The notes beneath the pieces were generated by a model. That model saw nothing but the letters and a program-made list of their open reading frames with translations. It was not told the origin of the DNA and made no database searches. Positions 1-14,188 of a stretch of DNA of 64,000 nt are shown piece after piece. Source of the stretch: the human T2T-CHM13v2.0 reference genome, Homo sapiens; NCBI RefSeq assembly GCF_009914755.1, contig NC_060937.1; one strand, given 5' to 3'. The number at the start of each line of letters is the position of its first letter. Positions within the stretch are counted from its first letter, which is position 1. Position numbers and translations under genes: made by a program.

Positions 1-254
1 GTGGGACCCTCATGAATGGGGTTAGTGTCCTTATAAAAAGGAATACCAGCAAATTCTCTCTCTTTTTCCCATGTGAGGACACAGCAAGAAAGCAGACATC
101 TGCAAATCAGGGAGACAGCCCTCAGCAGACACAAGACCTGTTGACGCCTTAATCTTGGACTTCCCAGCCTTCAGAACTGTGGAAAATAAATGTTTGTGGT
201 TTAAGCCACCCAGTCTATGATGTTTTGTTATAGCAGCCTGAATTGACTAAGACA
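1..254 (+). mobile_element. MaLR (MLT1-type) LTR, 3' part
   Basis: Typical MLT1 3' end: aataaatgtttgtggtttaagccacccagtctatg...gttatagcagcctgaattgactaagaca. Confidence 0.8.
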
Positions 255-429
255 GATACCTTGAAAACCACCATCCCCTGCTGAGCAATATTGTTCTGCT
301 CCTTAGGCTGATTTCAGTTTTCTTTCACTTAGCATTTCATAACTTTAATTTGCTTGTTAAAAAATTTATCTGGATCTTTTATTCCCTTTATCCTAAACTT
401 CAAACCACCCACTTTCTTTTGCAAGTTTT

Positions 430-560
430 CTGTTTGACACCATTCACTTCCTTTTCTTTCTCCTTCATTCATTTCTCCCTTTCTCCCTCTTTCCCTCCCT
501 CCCTCCATTCCTTTTGTCCTTTCTTCCTTCCTTTCTTCTTTCTTCCTTTATTTTTTTCAT
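430..560. repeat. CT-rich low-complexity tract
   Basis: Almost purely pyrimidine sequence (ttcc/tccc/ttct units). Confidence 0.7.
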
Positions 561-1121
561 CTGACTCTTTCCCTGGCAATTGTCCTTGGCTCCTTCGTTT
601 ACAGTAGTCACTCTTGATGGTGAGCATTTTGAATCTCCAAATGACTATGAAATCTTTTTATTTCTCATTAGCGCATGCAGGTAGTACATGTGTTTCAGTA
701 AAATTGAGGAAGCCTGGCAGACACTCTGTGGTCTCTGCTGCATTTTCTCTGGAATAGCTACAGCTCTGTGTAGCAATATGGTTAAGGCACCATATTGTGT
801 GAAGGCCCACCTAGCCTGGGCATCACTGTATCTCTGTCTTCCTAACAAAATGAAGTGGAAATTTCAAAAAAATCAGGAGATGGAACAAAAGTTTTCTCAT
901 GTTTTTTACTGCTTATTAAATGAACAACGAACAATAATCCAATGTTAAATGTAAAGTTTTCAGCCCTCTGCCTGAATAGGCTCACCTAGTTATTTGAACA
1001 TGCCTCACTCCAAATCTTGTCCTCAGCAACTGTGGATAAATCATGACAGAGAAGTTCCCCTAACCTACAGCAGAGGCTCCTCAAGCTATGCCACCCTACT
1101 GATATAGAAGTGGAGAAAGAG

Positions 1122-1637
<516 letters not shown>

Positions 1638-1824
1638 CTATTTATAGAGGCATACACACCTTAAAAAAAAGTGGTCCTCAAGTAGGAGATTTGCATTTGT
1701 TGGTCATTTTATTTCTGGGCAGATGTTCAGTCTTTCTAACTTGAAAAGTGTCTAGCAACTTTGGCTGACCTTATTAAGATTAATGGTCATAATGTATTTA
1801 AATCCCCTGTTGTTCTAAGAAGGA

Positions 1825-2200
1825 TTAAACAAAAGTTATGGGAGGCCCTTGTTTTAGACTGAGCTATTACAAATTGGGCCACAAGAGACCAGACTAAACC
1901 AAAATGGAGTCACTCATGCTAAATACCATATAATTAAACTGGAACTCTAAGGAAACAGGTAGATCCCACATCAGACTTGTTTTTCCTGAAATCAGGGGAT
2001 ACAAGTCTGAGTCAGTATACTAAAAAAGTCCCCTCTGCTTTAACGCTTATGAACAAAGTAACCTGCAGGAACCTGAAGTTAACCAGTCAGCTTTTGTTCT
2101 ATTGTTCTACTTCCTTGTTCTCAGTATGACCTCTCATTCTATTTTGTAGTATGGAGGCATCTCTGATTAACAAATCATGAGAAGAAAGCCAATTAGATAA
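1825..2200 (+). mobile_element. ERV1 (MER4-group) LTR fragment
   Basis: gttatgggaggcc..gttttagactgagct...aaaatggagtcactcatgctaaa resembles MER4-group LTR 5' ends; subfamily uncertain. Confidence 0.5.
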
Positions 2201-2399
2201 CCAAATAATTATTATCTCTTACTGAAATAACTCCCAAGGACCTTTGGCAAGATCTAGCACTAACCAAATTTTCCCAGAAAAAAATTTTGGGAAAGGACTA
2301 TTTGTGGATTGTAAACCACTACTAGGGCAGATCCCAACTGATTAGAGATGGATTTTGAGGATGCACTCAAGAAAAAGAAGCACAAGTTAAAGTAGTACC

Positions 2400-2750
2400 T
2401 GTCACCTGTGCTTTTTCCAAAGAAGGTTTTGTGAACTTCAATATTTAAACAGGAAAGAGTAAGAAGGAGTGGAAGAAACAAAAGGAGGGAGGGTAGGCAT
2501 TGATGCAAGTGGTGAGGCATTGATTAGCACTCAGTGAATCTATATTTTACACATGCAAAGAAGGGCGTAGAGGAAAAAGTCAATTATGCATTCATTTCAT
2601 GCTCAGTAAATCTATATTTTCCGTAAGATAAAGCAAGCATGTGAAATCATGGTTCTTTCTGTTTGGGAACAAAAAGAAGGCAGTTTTATGCGTGACTCAG
2701 TTCCCACTCTTAACTTTTCGCTTTGGCATAGTGAGACGGGAGTCCTAAGA
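2400..2750 (-). mobile_element. MER4-family LTR fragment
   Basis: Reverse complement matches the LTR starting at 29612 (ttgggacccc...gccaaagggaaagttaag...cttttgttcccaaacag). Confidence 0.65.
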
Positions 2751-2752
2751 CG

Positions 2753-3064
<312 letters not shown>

Positions 3065-3466
3065 CAGCCAAGGATTTATTTGTGCCTGCAGATAGCTGTA
3101 TGAACAGACACCTGTAAGAATTGGGGGAATTCCTCTCTTCTCAATGTTCCAAAGTAACTTGAGGTTCCGGGCCATTCAAAGGTGAAATTTTTTACTCACC
3201 ACAGGTCAGGAGCTTTGTAAAGGAATTGCATGCAGAGGGTACCATGCCAGTTTTTCCAAGGGGTTTTTCTCAGCCCTTAAAGTCAATTTTAATTCCTCAA
3301 AGCAGTCTGGTTATTTCTGAAAAAATGTCATTCCAGTCAAAGACTTGATAAAATATCCAACGTCTCCAATTGGGTTCTGTTACAAGAGAAAACAGATTCT
3401 TATTGAACTTATGCAAATAATTATATTGCCATAAATTAAGGATTGTCAAAAATAGTTTCCAAATTC

Positions 3467-4118
<652 letters not shown>

Positions 4119-4210
4119 AAGAAAAAGAAACGTGTTTCAGATTCTGGTCATAAGAGTATACTTTACTCAATTGTTAAAAATTATAAATAGATCAAAAGAA
4201 AAAAGCTATC

Positions 4211-4638
4211 TTTTTAAAGTAATTTCTATTTTTATTTTAGATTCAGGGGGTATATGCACAGGTTTGCTACCTGGGTATATTGCATGGTGCTGAGGTTTTG
4301 GGTACAAATGTTCCCATCACCCAGGTAGTGAATATAATACTCAGTAGTTTTCAACCTATGCGTCCTCCTTCCCTCCTACCTCTAGTAGTCCCCAGTGCAT
4401 ATCATTGCCATCTTTATGTCCATGAGCTCCCAAATGTTTAGCTCCCACTTGTAAATGAGAACATGTGGTATTCAGTTTCCTATTCCTGCATTAATTCACT
4501 TAGGATAGTGGCTGCATCCATGTTGCCGCAAAGAACATGATTTCATTTTTTATGGCTGCATAGTACTCCATGGTGTATATGTACCACGTTTTCTTTATCC
4601 AATCCACTATTGATGGACGCCTAGGTTGATTTCATGTC
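4211..4638 (-). mobile_element. L1PA (older subfamily) 3' end fragment
   Basis: Reverse L1 3'UTR: ttagctcccacttgtaaatgagaacatgtggtattcag...ggtgtatatgtaccacgttttctttatcca. Confidence 0.85.
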
Positions 4639-5112
4639 TAAAAGTTTTCTTGACTGAAAAAAAAAATCAACAATGCTTCAAACAAAAAGGGTTATAAAAT
4701 ATATTTCAGTCCTCTGTTAGTTCAGTTCTATGAAATTAATTCATTTCATTTGATATTGGGATTAGTAATCCTCATGAACACAGTAGCTCTACAATGAGAG
4801 TTCTGGAAGTTTGTTTCTCTACTCTACTGATGAAATCTCCAAGGTTGTCAGAAACTTACATTTGAAGCACCCATCAGAATCCTTTCTGTGAACTACCCTA
4901 AAGAAGCAAGTTTTGGACTATAGCTGATTATTAACTGCTTTTTGAGAAGAATCAAATAAAATAATAATTGTCTGTGGATGACAAAAGTTTTAGGACAGCC
5001 ATGGTTAAAGATAAGGAAATTTGGTTATTTCTGTGTCATACTAAAATTTAACTTAATAATACTTATTTTGATTATTATGATTATCAGACAAATCAGAACT
5101 ATAGGATCTCAT

Positions 5113-5170
5113 TGTGCCACGGCATTCCGCCTGGGTGACAGAATGAGACTCTTTCTCAAAAAAAAAAAAA
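5113..5170 (+). mobile_element. Severely 5'-truncated Alu (~45 bp plus A tail)
   Basis: gccacggcattccgcctgggtgacagaatgagactc followed by poly(A); flanked by tata(g/a)gatctcat TSD. Confidence 0.8.
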
Positions 5171-5661
5171 TTATAAGATCTCATACAATTTTGGAACACA
5201 TGTTAATAACACACTTATGTAAGTAGAACCCAAAGAAACTTAAAAACCATTTCATATTTGAATGTTTCCTATATGATTTTAACATATCGAATAAGCCAAA
5301 TGTGTTTCTTTTAGACTTCAGGGGACCTATTATCTAAAAAAGCTAATGAAGTAAAAAAAATACTGAATTACAATTGAAATTTTAATGTTTGAAAGTTTCT
5401 CAAATGTCAAATGTTTAAAACACTCTACACCGCAAGATAGAATTACAGGTCACTATAAAATAAATTATTCACTTAGCCACAATCATAATTCAAAGACTTT
5501 AAAAATCATTCACTTTTTGATAGAGCAGAGACTCAGTTTCCCAAACAATATGACCTAATAAAGATCGAATGAGGCGAACTGAATATCTCCCTCTCTCCCT
5601 CTTTATTTTATAGTTTACTCAAGAGGTAAACAAAAATCTTTCTTTATCAAAATAGAAAACC

Positions 5662-5960
5662 AGCCGGGCGCGATGGCTCACGCCTATAATCCCAGCACTT
5701 TGGGAGGCTGAAGCAGGTGGATCACTTGAGTTCGGGAGTTCGAGACCAGCCTGGCCAACATGGCAAAATCCTGTCTCTACTAAAAATATAAAAATTAGGC
5801 AGACATGGTGGCAGGCGCCTGTAATCCCAGCTACTCTGGAGGCTGAGGCAGGAGAATCGCTTGAACCTGGCGGAGGTTTCAGTGAGCCCAGATCAGGCCA
5901 CTGCACTCCAGCCTGGGTGACAAGAGCGAAACTCTGTGTCAAAAAAAAAAAAGAGAGAGA
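5662..5960 (+). mobile_element. AluS
   Basis: Full dimer, TSD agaaaacca. Confidence 0.93.
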
Positions 5961-6010
5961 GAAAACCAAATTTTACTTTTACATTAGTGTAGCATTAACA
6001 CTAAAGATAA

Positions 6011-6192
6011 TTTTTTTTTTTAAATTTAGAGACAGGGTCTCGCTATGTTGCCTAGGCTGGAGGGCAGTGGCTATTCACAGGCCCATCCCATTACTGATCA
6101 GCACGAATTTTGCCCTGCCCCATTTCCGACCTAGGCCAGTTCACCCCTCTGTTGGCAACCTGGTAGTCCCCTGCTCCCAGGAGGTCACCATG
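6011..6192 (-). pseudogene. 7SL (SRP RNA) processed pseudogene, 5'-truncated
   Basis: Reverse strand reads atggtgacctcctgggagcaggggactaccaggttgcc...tgctgatcagtaatgggatgggcctgtgaatagccactgc, the 7SL S-domain that Alu lacks, followed by an A tail; approximate TSD ctaaa..taattttt. Confidence 0.9.
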
Positions 6193-7188
6193 CTAAAACT
6201 AATTTTTAATGAAACCTTATAAACAAATTCATCCAATCTTAATAAGTTTGATCATAAGGTAAGATTTCCATAAACCTCTCATAGCCTGTTATAGTTTTCT
6301 ATTAAAGAACAGATTAATGCTCCAAGGAAACCATTGTTGTCACACAGGAGCCCAGACTGTGGCATCAGTGTGCTTTTGATATTAATCCTGAATTTATAGA
6401 AAAACTAAATAATATCTTTTAAATTTTAGCCAACTTGATCACACACAGAATTCCTTTTACAAGATCTGTCTTCCACAAACCTTCTTCAATTTCCTAACAC
6501 CTTTAGCCTTATCCTATCATTCTGCCTTAGCACAAAAATTTACTTTCTTTTCAACTTTCTATATCCGTTTAGTTTTTAGTTTTATTCATCTTTTTTCCTC
6601 TTTTAATTTAAGAAAACCTCTAGACTAGGCAAAATTACTTCCCCTTTAAGAGAAAACATATTTCCATGCCTTCTCATAAGCTTTTTACCAAAACGTATCT
6701 ACTTTTCTAAGTTTGCATATTAAATTGTTTCTTTTATATCTAGTAGTTTTCACTACATACATTGATTATGTTAACTGTTAGTAACTCTTATTTTTAGTGA
6801 AAAACTTAGGAAGTAATTTTTACTGTGTACTAGATGCAGAGTCCAGAACAAAGGACAATGCCTGGAAATAGGGCTTGTTATATTTTAGAGGCTCAAATCT
6901 AAAACCATAAGTTTATTTAAGAGTTATGTATCAAAAATTACATAAAAGCAAGTTTTGACCTTAAAACATCTAGCAGATATAGTATCAAACCAGTAGACCA
7001 ATAGTCTCAGACAAAATGTCTAAATTCTGAAGATGTTTCCATTTTATTTTACCAATAATTTTAAAACTGTCTTTATTTACTAAAGATTATTAAAGTCACA
7101 TGAACTAAAAGGCATTTAAGTTTCTATTTTTATGATAAAATATTTGATTTAACACATTTTCATTAAGCCAATTAGAGTGCTTTCATAT

Positions 7189-7664
7189 TGAAGGAAGACC
7201 CTCTCATATTATTTTATATTGTTTTATACTCAGTACCTGTTTTAAGAAAAAACAACAAGGAAGTAAAACCAAAGACAGGCAGCCCAGCGCCAGGCCCGAA
7301 ACCAGGCCTGGGCCTGACTGGCCTAAACCCAGTAGTTAAAAATCAACTCATAACTTAGAAACCGATGTTATTCATAGATTCCAGACATTGTATAGAAGAA
7401 CACTGTGCAACTCCCTGCCCTGTTCTGTTTCTTTCTGACCACCGGTGCATGCAGCCCCTGTCATGTACCCCCTGCTTGCTCAAATCAATCACGACCCTTT
7501 CATGTGAAATCTTTAGTGTTTTGAGCCCTTAAAAGGGATAGAAATTGTGCACTCGGGGAGCTCGGATTTTAAGGCAGTAGCTTGCCGATGCTCCCAGCTG
7601 AATAAAGCCCTTCCTTCTACAACTCGGTGTCTGAGAGGGTTTGTCTGTGGCTCGTCCTGCTACA
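7189..7664 (+). mobile_element. Solo LTR2 (Harlequin/HERV-E family LTR)
   Basis: TG...CA ends, AATAAA, 4-bp TSD ATAT, close match to the LTRs at 10462 and 16272. Confidence 0.92.
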
Positions 7665-8352
7665 ATATATTTTGGTAGTGAAACATCACATACACATACA
7701 ACATATAAATAAATAGATAAACAGAAACATAGAAGCAGTTCTTACAGATGTATAAGATTTTTCATCCATCAGTTTTAAATAGTTCGGTTTTTTTAATTCA
7801 TCCTACAATGACCTGTTTTACTGCCCTAGGCAATTGTTAGCTAGGCAACCCTAAATTTGCATTTCTAAAGGAGAAAATTTGCATCTCAAAGTATAGAAAG
7901 AGACTGGGAATTTAAGCTTTTTTTAAAAAAAAGAAATTTGGCTGTGCTAGAGGACAATTTGAAAATTAATGCCAGGGTAATACAAAATTATATAAATGTA
8001 TTAAAAGATTTTATAAGGAGATCAATTTCCTTTACATAGGTCTCTACCTTTTAACTGGACCGCTGAACTTAGGACAGAGCCCACACTGAATTTTAGGTCT
8101 GCAAAAAGAGACATGCCATGGGGACGGGACCATACAATGTTTTCACAGTGCATTTCATCACAAAGACATTCCCCTTGGGCAACCCAACACCAATCAGCCC
8201 ATTCTGTGATCTGCCCATTCCCTAGCCATTATACACACCAGAGTCAAGTTTTTCAAAATACAAAATAATTTCTGTTACCACCCCGCCCCTCAACCAAAAA
8301 GATCAGGTAATGCAATACAAAAGAGAGTAGAGTTTTAGATACGAGAATACTC

Positions 8353-8572
8353 TGTTGCAGAAGGTAGTCAGGCAGACATGAGCAGGGCAGGAGAAGGGCC
8401 CCCCACCAGGATTGTCAGGCAACCATCAAGTGATGGTCAGGCAGTTGTTAAACAGTCGCTCTAAAATAATAATTGGTTGCAGCTGGCGCCAGGGAACGAC
8501 AATCTCCCAATAAATAGAAACACCTGTAACTAGTGATCAGCAGCTTCCAAATAAGATCTCAGAAGTTAGGTG
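8353..8572 (+). mobile_element. MER50-like LTR, 5' part (split by MER4A provirus)
   Basis: ggtagtcaggcagacatgagcagggcaggag...ataagatctcagaagttaggtg; continues at 20072 with ggtgagtgggctcaggcatg. Confidence 0.75.
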
Positions 8573-9359
8573 TGTGAAGGAAAAATATCTTGGGTCCCTT
8601 CAAGATGTGAACCGCTCAGGGAAATCTGCCTCCTATTCTGTTCAAGTCATCCATTTGCTCACAGAGACAGATGCATATTCTGATTGCCTCCTTTGGAAAG
8701 ACTTATCAGAAACTCAAAAGAATGCAACCATCTGTCTCTCACCTACCTGTGACCTGGAAGCCCCCAGTAGGGGGGCCTTGCTTTGAGCTGTCACCGCCTT
8801 TCTGGACGGAACTAATGTACTTCTTATATATTGATTGATGTCTCATGTCTCCCTAAAATGTATAAAACCAAGCTGTGGCCGGACCACCTTGGGCACATGT
8901 CATCAGGACTTCCTGAGGCTGTGTGGTGGGCGCGGCCTCAACTGTGGCAAACAAGCTTTCCAAGTTAACCGAGACCACTCTCCTAAGGCCTTGCTTTTTT
9001 TTTGAGCAAAAGTTTGCTTTTGTATTCTTCTCAGTTGACTGAATTCTGTTTTCACCTGATGTTTTGACTAAAATAGTATTGCAACAGAAGCTACTCTTGG
9101 ATTTTTAAAGAAGAATGTAGTTTAGACACTCAAAAATGTCTTTAAAAAAAAAAGTACACTGTAAAAGCATCTCCCTCTAGCACTACCAGACGTTTTTTTC
9201 TGTACCTTATGATGTAAATTTTGCTATTTGATTTTCACCTGAGTTGTTTCCTTTAATGTGCAAATTTAAGGCTATTTAGCTGACAACTGCCTAGGGCTGT
9301 GAAACCAGTTATCTGGAATCTGAAAGTCTAAGACAGAAAAAATGCAAAATGCAGGGGTC

Positions 9360-9682
9360 TTTTGTCGTTTTTTTGTTTTTGGTTTTTTTTTTTTGAGACA
9401 AAGTTTCACTCTTGTTACCCAGGCTAAAATGCAATAGCACCATCTCGGCTCACCACAACCTCCTGGGTTCAAGTGATTCTCCTGCCTCAGCCTCCTGAGT
9501 AGCTGGGATTACCAGCATGTGCCACCATGCCCAGCTTTTTTTTTTTTTTTTTTTGTATTTTTAGTAGAGACAGGGTTTCTCCATGCTGGTCAGGCTTGTC
9601 TCCAACTCCTACCTCAGGTGATCCACCTGCCTCGGCCTCCCAGAGTGCTGGGATTACAGTCATGAGCCACCACACCCGACTG
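9360..9682 (-). mobile_element. AluS inside the MER4A internal region
   Basis: Reverse Alu dimer, TSD gggtcttt. Confidence 0.92.
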
Positions 9683-10340
9683 GGTCTTTATAAATCTATA
9701 AAATGTACTTCCATCTGTATGCCTAATACGTCTTTTTGTGTATTTATGTGTTGTATACAAAATGTTTCACTACTAAAAAGAGCTCTAGTTAATTGACATA
9801 AAAATAAAAGTGCTTAAATCAAATACTAAAAAATGACTAGTCAAATGCTTTTTCAAGTTTATGTAACAAATAAAATCTTTAATAAATAAGCTAGCTTTAA
9901 AATTATTGGCAAAGTAATATTAGAAATGTGTTAAGAATTGCCAGCAGACATTTTTGTTTGTATTTGTTAATCAAGCAATTTCATACTTACCCCCACCAAA
10001 TACTATAAGGTGTCAAAATTTGGCATAAGGGTTATAAAACCCAACCCAAATCAGAATGATCTTTGCTTGTGTAATTTTTAATAAATAGGACATTGACATG
10101 GGTATAATGAAAATAGCTGCATCTTGAATTTAGCAAGATTACTATAACTTCTAATCCTGCGGCTGTAGGCAGTCTAATTCACAGACAATGGGAAGGTTTG
10201 TTGGGAAAGGGCTGTTATCATCTTTGTTTCATAGCTAAATTGTAAACTAAGTTCCTCCCAAAGTTAGTTCGGTCTATGCCCAGGAATGAACAAGGACAGC
10301 TTGGAGGTTAAGAGCAAGATGGAGTCAATTAGGTCAAATC

Positions 10341-10461
10341 TTTTTTTTTTTTTTGAGATGGAGTTTTGCTCTTGTTGCCCAGGCAGGAGGGCAATGGCAC
10401 CATCTCGGCTCACCGCAACCTCCACCTCCAGGTTCAAGCAATTCTCCTGCCTCAGCCTGCC
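10341..10461 (-). mobile_element. AluS, 3' piece (split by Harlequin provirus)
   Basis: T tail then gagatggagttttgctc...ctcctgcctcagcctgcc, broken at the LTR2 start; Alu TSD ag(g/a)tcaaatctttt recurs just after 16933. Confidence 0.9.
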
Positions 10462-10936
10462 TGAGGGAAGAAAGAGACCCTCTCATATTGCTTTATACTC
10501 AGTAGCTATTTAAATAAAAAAATAAGGAAGTGAAATCAAAGACAGGCAGCCCAGCCCCAGGTCTGAAACCAGGCCTGGGCCTGCCTGGCCTAAACCCATT
10601 AGTTAAAAATCAACTCATAACTTAGAAACCGATGTTATTCATAGATTCCCGACATTGTATAAAAGAACATTGTGAAACGCCCTACCCTGTTCTGTTTCTT
10701 TCTGACCACCGGTGCATGCAGCCCCTGTCATGTACCCCCTGCTTGCTCAAATCAATCACGACCCTTTCATGTGAAATCTTCAGTGTTGTGAGCCCTTAAA
10801 AGGGACAGAAATTGTGCACTCAGGGAGCTCAGATTTTGAGGCAGTAGCTTGCTGATGCTCCCAGCTGAATAAAGCCCTTCCTTCTACGACTCGTTGTCTG
10901 AGAGGTTTTGTCTGTGGCTCGTCCTGCTACATTTCT

Positions 10937-10954
10937 TGGTTCCCTGACAGGGAA
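10937..10954 (+). promoter_or_regulatory. Primer binding site, tRNA-Glu type
   Basis: tggttccctgacagggaa just after the 5' LTR. Confidence 0.85.
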
Positions 10955-11509
10955 ACGAGGTGACTGATGGATGGCCGAGGCAGCCCCTTAGGCAGCTTAG
11001 GCCTGCCCCGCGGAGCATCCCTGCAGGGGACTCCGGCCAGCCTGAGTGACGCGATCCAAAGAGCGCTCCCGGTTAGGAAATTGCCCCCATTGGAACGCCT
11101 TGCCAGAGCAGCACGTAGCAGGCCCCCGTGGAGGATCCACACAGTGGCTGAACACTGGGAAGGAACTGGCGCTTGGAGTCTGGACATCTAAAAGTTGGTA
11201 AGACTAGTCTTTGGAACTTGCCCCACTCCATCTGAGTGGAAGCGTGGCTTGATCACCCACGGTGTGCCTGCATTGGCACTTTTGTTCTGGATTTGACTTG
11301 ATTTGAATTGCTGGATACTTTGGTTTGGTTTTGGTTTTGACTTGGCTTGAATTTTTTGGTACTCGGATTTTGAATTTCGTGATTTTGGTTTGGCTTAAAC
11401 GGTAAAAGTGTGTGTTTGCCCTCTTTGCCCGTTCTTTGTCTTGTGGTGAGTGTGTGTGGTGTGAGCGTGGTATTCTGTCTTGGAGAAAAAAAAATTTTTT
11501 TCAAGAAAG

Positions 11510-11720
11510 AACTTAAGGGAGATTACAGTGCTACTGTGACACCAGGAAAACTTAGAACTTTGCGTGAAACAGACTGGCCAGCATTAAAGGTGGGTTGGCC
11601 ATCTGAAGGAAGCCTGGACAGGTCCCTTGTTTCAAAGGTATGGCACAAGGTAACCTGTAAGCCAAGGCACCCAGACCAGTTTCCATACATAGACAGTTAC
11701 AGCTGGTTTTAGACCCCCTT
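11510..11720 (+). pseudogene. Harlequin gag (matrix) remnant
   Basis: Translates TPGKLRTLRETDWPALKVGWPSEGSLD...HPDQFPYID, gammaretroviral matrix motifs. Confidence 0.8.
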
Positions 11721-13549
11721 CCCCCCACAGTAGTTAAGAGAACAGCAGCATGAGCAGCTGGCAGAGGCAAGGAAAGACCAGCAGAGAGAAAAAAAAGACC
11801 ATCTATACCAATTCTAGGTTAATTTAGACTAAACAAGGTCTTATTAATAGCAAAGGATAATTGAAATCCCAAACTTACAAGGTTTTCAACAAAAGTGAAG
11901 TTTGCTAAAAGTTAAAAGTGTAGCATGTATTATGGTAACTTCTAATCTTGTGGCCTTAGACAGTCTAGTCCAAAGACATAAAGAAAATTCGCTTTAAAAA
12001 AGGGGAAAAAAGGGGGGAGGCAGAATTTATATAAAAAGAATGTTATATGGTAAATTCTTGTCCTGAAATAAATTAACTGATTGTTTAAAGAAAAAAAGTT
12101 TGTAATAAGTCAGAAAGTTAAGACATGTTAAAAAATTGTCTGTGAAAGTTGTGAAAGAAAAAATGTTATCAAAAATTTTATGCAAAAAATGTTGTATAAT
12201 TTAAAAGTAATAAGGCCTCCTGAGTACTACTGAAGAAACAGTTTATGTGCAAGGTGTATAAAAAAATATACCTTTGATAAAAAGATTATAAGGAGGCATA
12301 AGAATGTGAATTTTTACCTACATTAAAAGGTTAAAAAAATATTGTTTTAAAAGTTTAAGCAAGTTTTAAAATGTTAATTGTAAAGAAAATTCTGTGTGTA
12401 AACATATTAACTAAAGTTAAAAAGGTATCATCCAGTTTTTCTGTAAACTAGACATTAAAGTAAAAATGCAACAGATTTTTCTTAAAGCATCAACCTGCTC
12501 TTTAGCAAAAATTATAAAAGGTTAAAGAGTCTATAAAATCTTACCTTATAGTCAAACATGAAAAATTGGATAAATATGTCTACAAGGTTTTATTAAAATT
12601 AAGTTTAACATTAATAACACACTAATATAAAGATAAAATTTAGCTTCTCTGGTATAAAAATCATACAAGAAGCATTATTAAATATAAAATGGTGTTTAGC
12701 TTTCTTTGGTCTAAAAACTAACAAAAATAGGTGCTAAAGGAAGCATTCATTTTACTAAAGGATCATAGAAGTTAAAGACTTAAAACAAACTTTGGCAATT
12801 AAGACAGGATACCAAGATGCAAATGCCTGGATGAAATGGATCAAATATTCCATCTGCACGTTAAACAAAAGCAGTTGTTATGCTTGTGCACATGGCAGGG
12901 CAGAGGCTCAGAATGTCCCCTTTCCACTAGGTGGTCCTCCAGTCGACCAGGTGTGGGCTGCATGGTAGCTCTTTTCCAGGATTCTACAGCCTGGAATAAT
13001 AAGTCATGCCAAGCTCTCTCTGCTATATTCCGAAGTCCCTGCGGGGCAGCCCCCGAGGGCCATCCAGCTTCCATCTCCCAACACTAACTTCACTTCGTGT
13101 CTCTCACGGCAGGGAGGAGACTTAGCATTCCTTGGAGACCTGAAGGGATGCAGTGAGCTTAAGAATTTTCAAGAGTTTATCAATGAGTCAGCCCTTGCTC
13201 ATCCCCGAGCGGATGTGTGGTGGTATTGCGGTGGACCTTTACTGGACACTCTGCCGAATAACCAGAAGTGGCACTTATGCTTTAGTCCATTTGGCTATCC
13301 CTTTCACCCTGGCATTTCATCAACCAGAGGAAAAAAAAAATAAGACATCATAAAGTGAGAGAAGCCCCTTATGGGTCTTTCAACTCTCGTATATATTTAG
13401 ATGCAATTGGAGCCCCGCAAGGAATACCAGATCAATTTAAAGCTTGAAATCAAATAGTTACAGGACTGAAGTCAATATTTTGGTAGATGACAGTCAATAA
13501 AAATGTAAATTAGATACACTACATCTATTACAACCAACAGCAACGAGCT

Positions 13550-14120
13550 TTTCTTGAGTTAAAAAGAAAAACTCATGTCGGCCCCAGCCCTGGGGCTACC
13601 TGACCTGACAAAACTCTTTACACTCCATGTGTCAAAAAGAAAAAAAATGGCAGTTGGAGTTTTAACCCAGACTGTAGGGCCCTGGCCAAGGCCAGTGGCC
13701 TATCTCTCAAAACAACTAGATGGGGTTTCCAAAGGCTGGCCCCCATGTCTAAGGGCCCTGGCAGCAATGGCCCTGTTAGCATAAGAAGCAGATAAGCTAA
13801 CTCTTGGGCAAAACCTAAAGTCTCCCCGTGCTGTGATGATTTTAATAAATACCAAAGGATACCATTAGCTAACGAATGCTAGACTAACTAGATACCAAAG
13901 CTTGCTCTGTGAAAATTCCCGCATAACCACTGAAGTTTGCGACACCCTAACCCTGCACACCTTACTCTTGGTATCAGAGAGCCCAGTTGAACATAAACTG
14001 TGTAGAGGTGTTAGACTCAGTCTACCCTAGTAGGCCCAACCTCCGAGACCAACCTTAAACATCAGTAGACTGCGAGCTGTATGTGGATGGGAGCAGCTTC
14101 GCCAACCCCTACAAAGTGAC
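13550..14120 (+). pseudogene. Harlequin pol remnant (RT connection/RNase H)
   Basis: [11 protein letters not shown]...[37 protein letters not shown], with stops. Confidence 0.85.
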
Positions 14121-14188
14121 TCTGAAAAAGACGACAAGCCCTGCTCCAGTCGCACCCGGAAGCTGACTGGTCCACGCACGGCCAAAAC

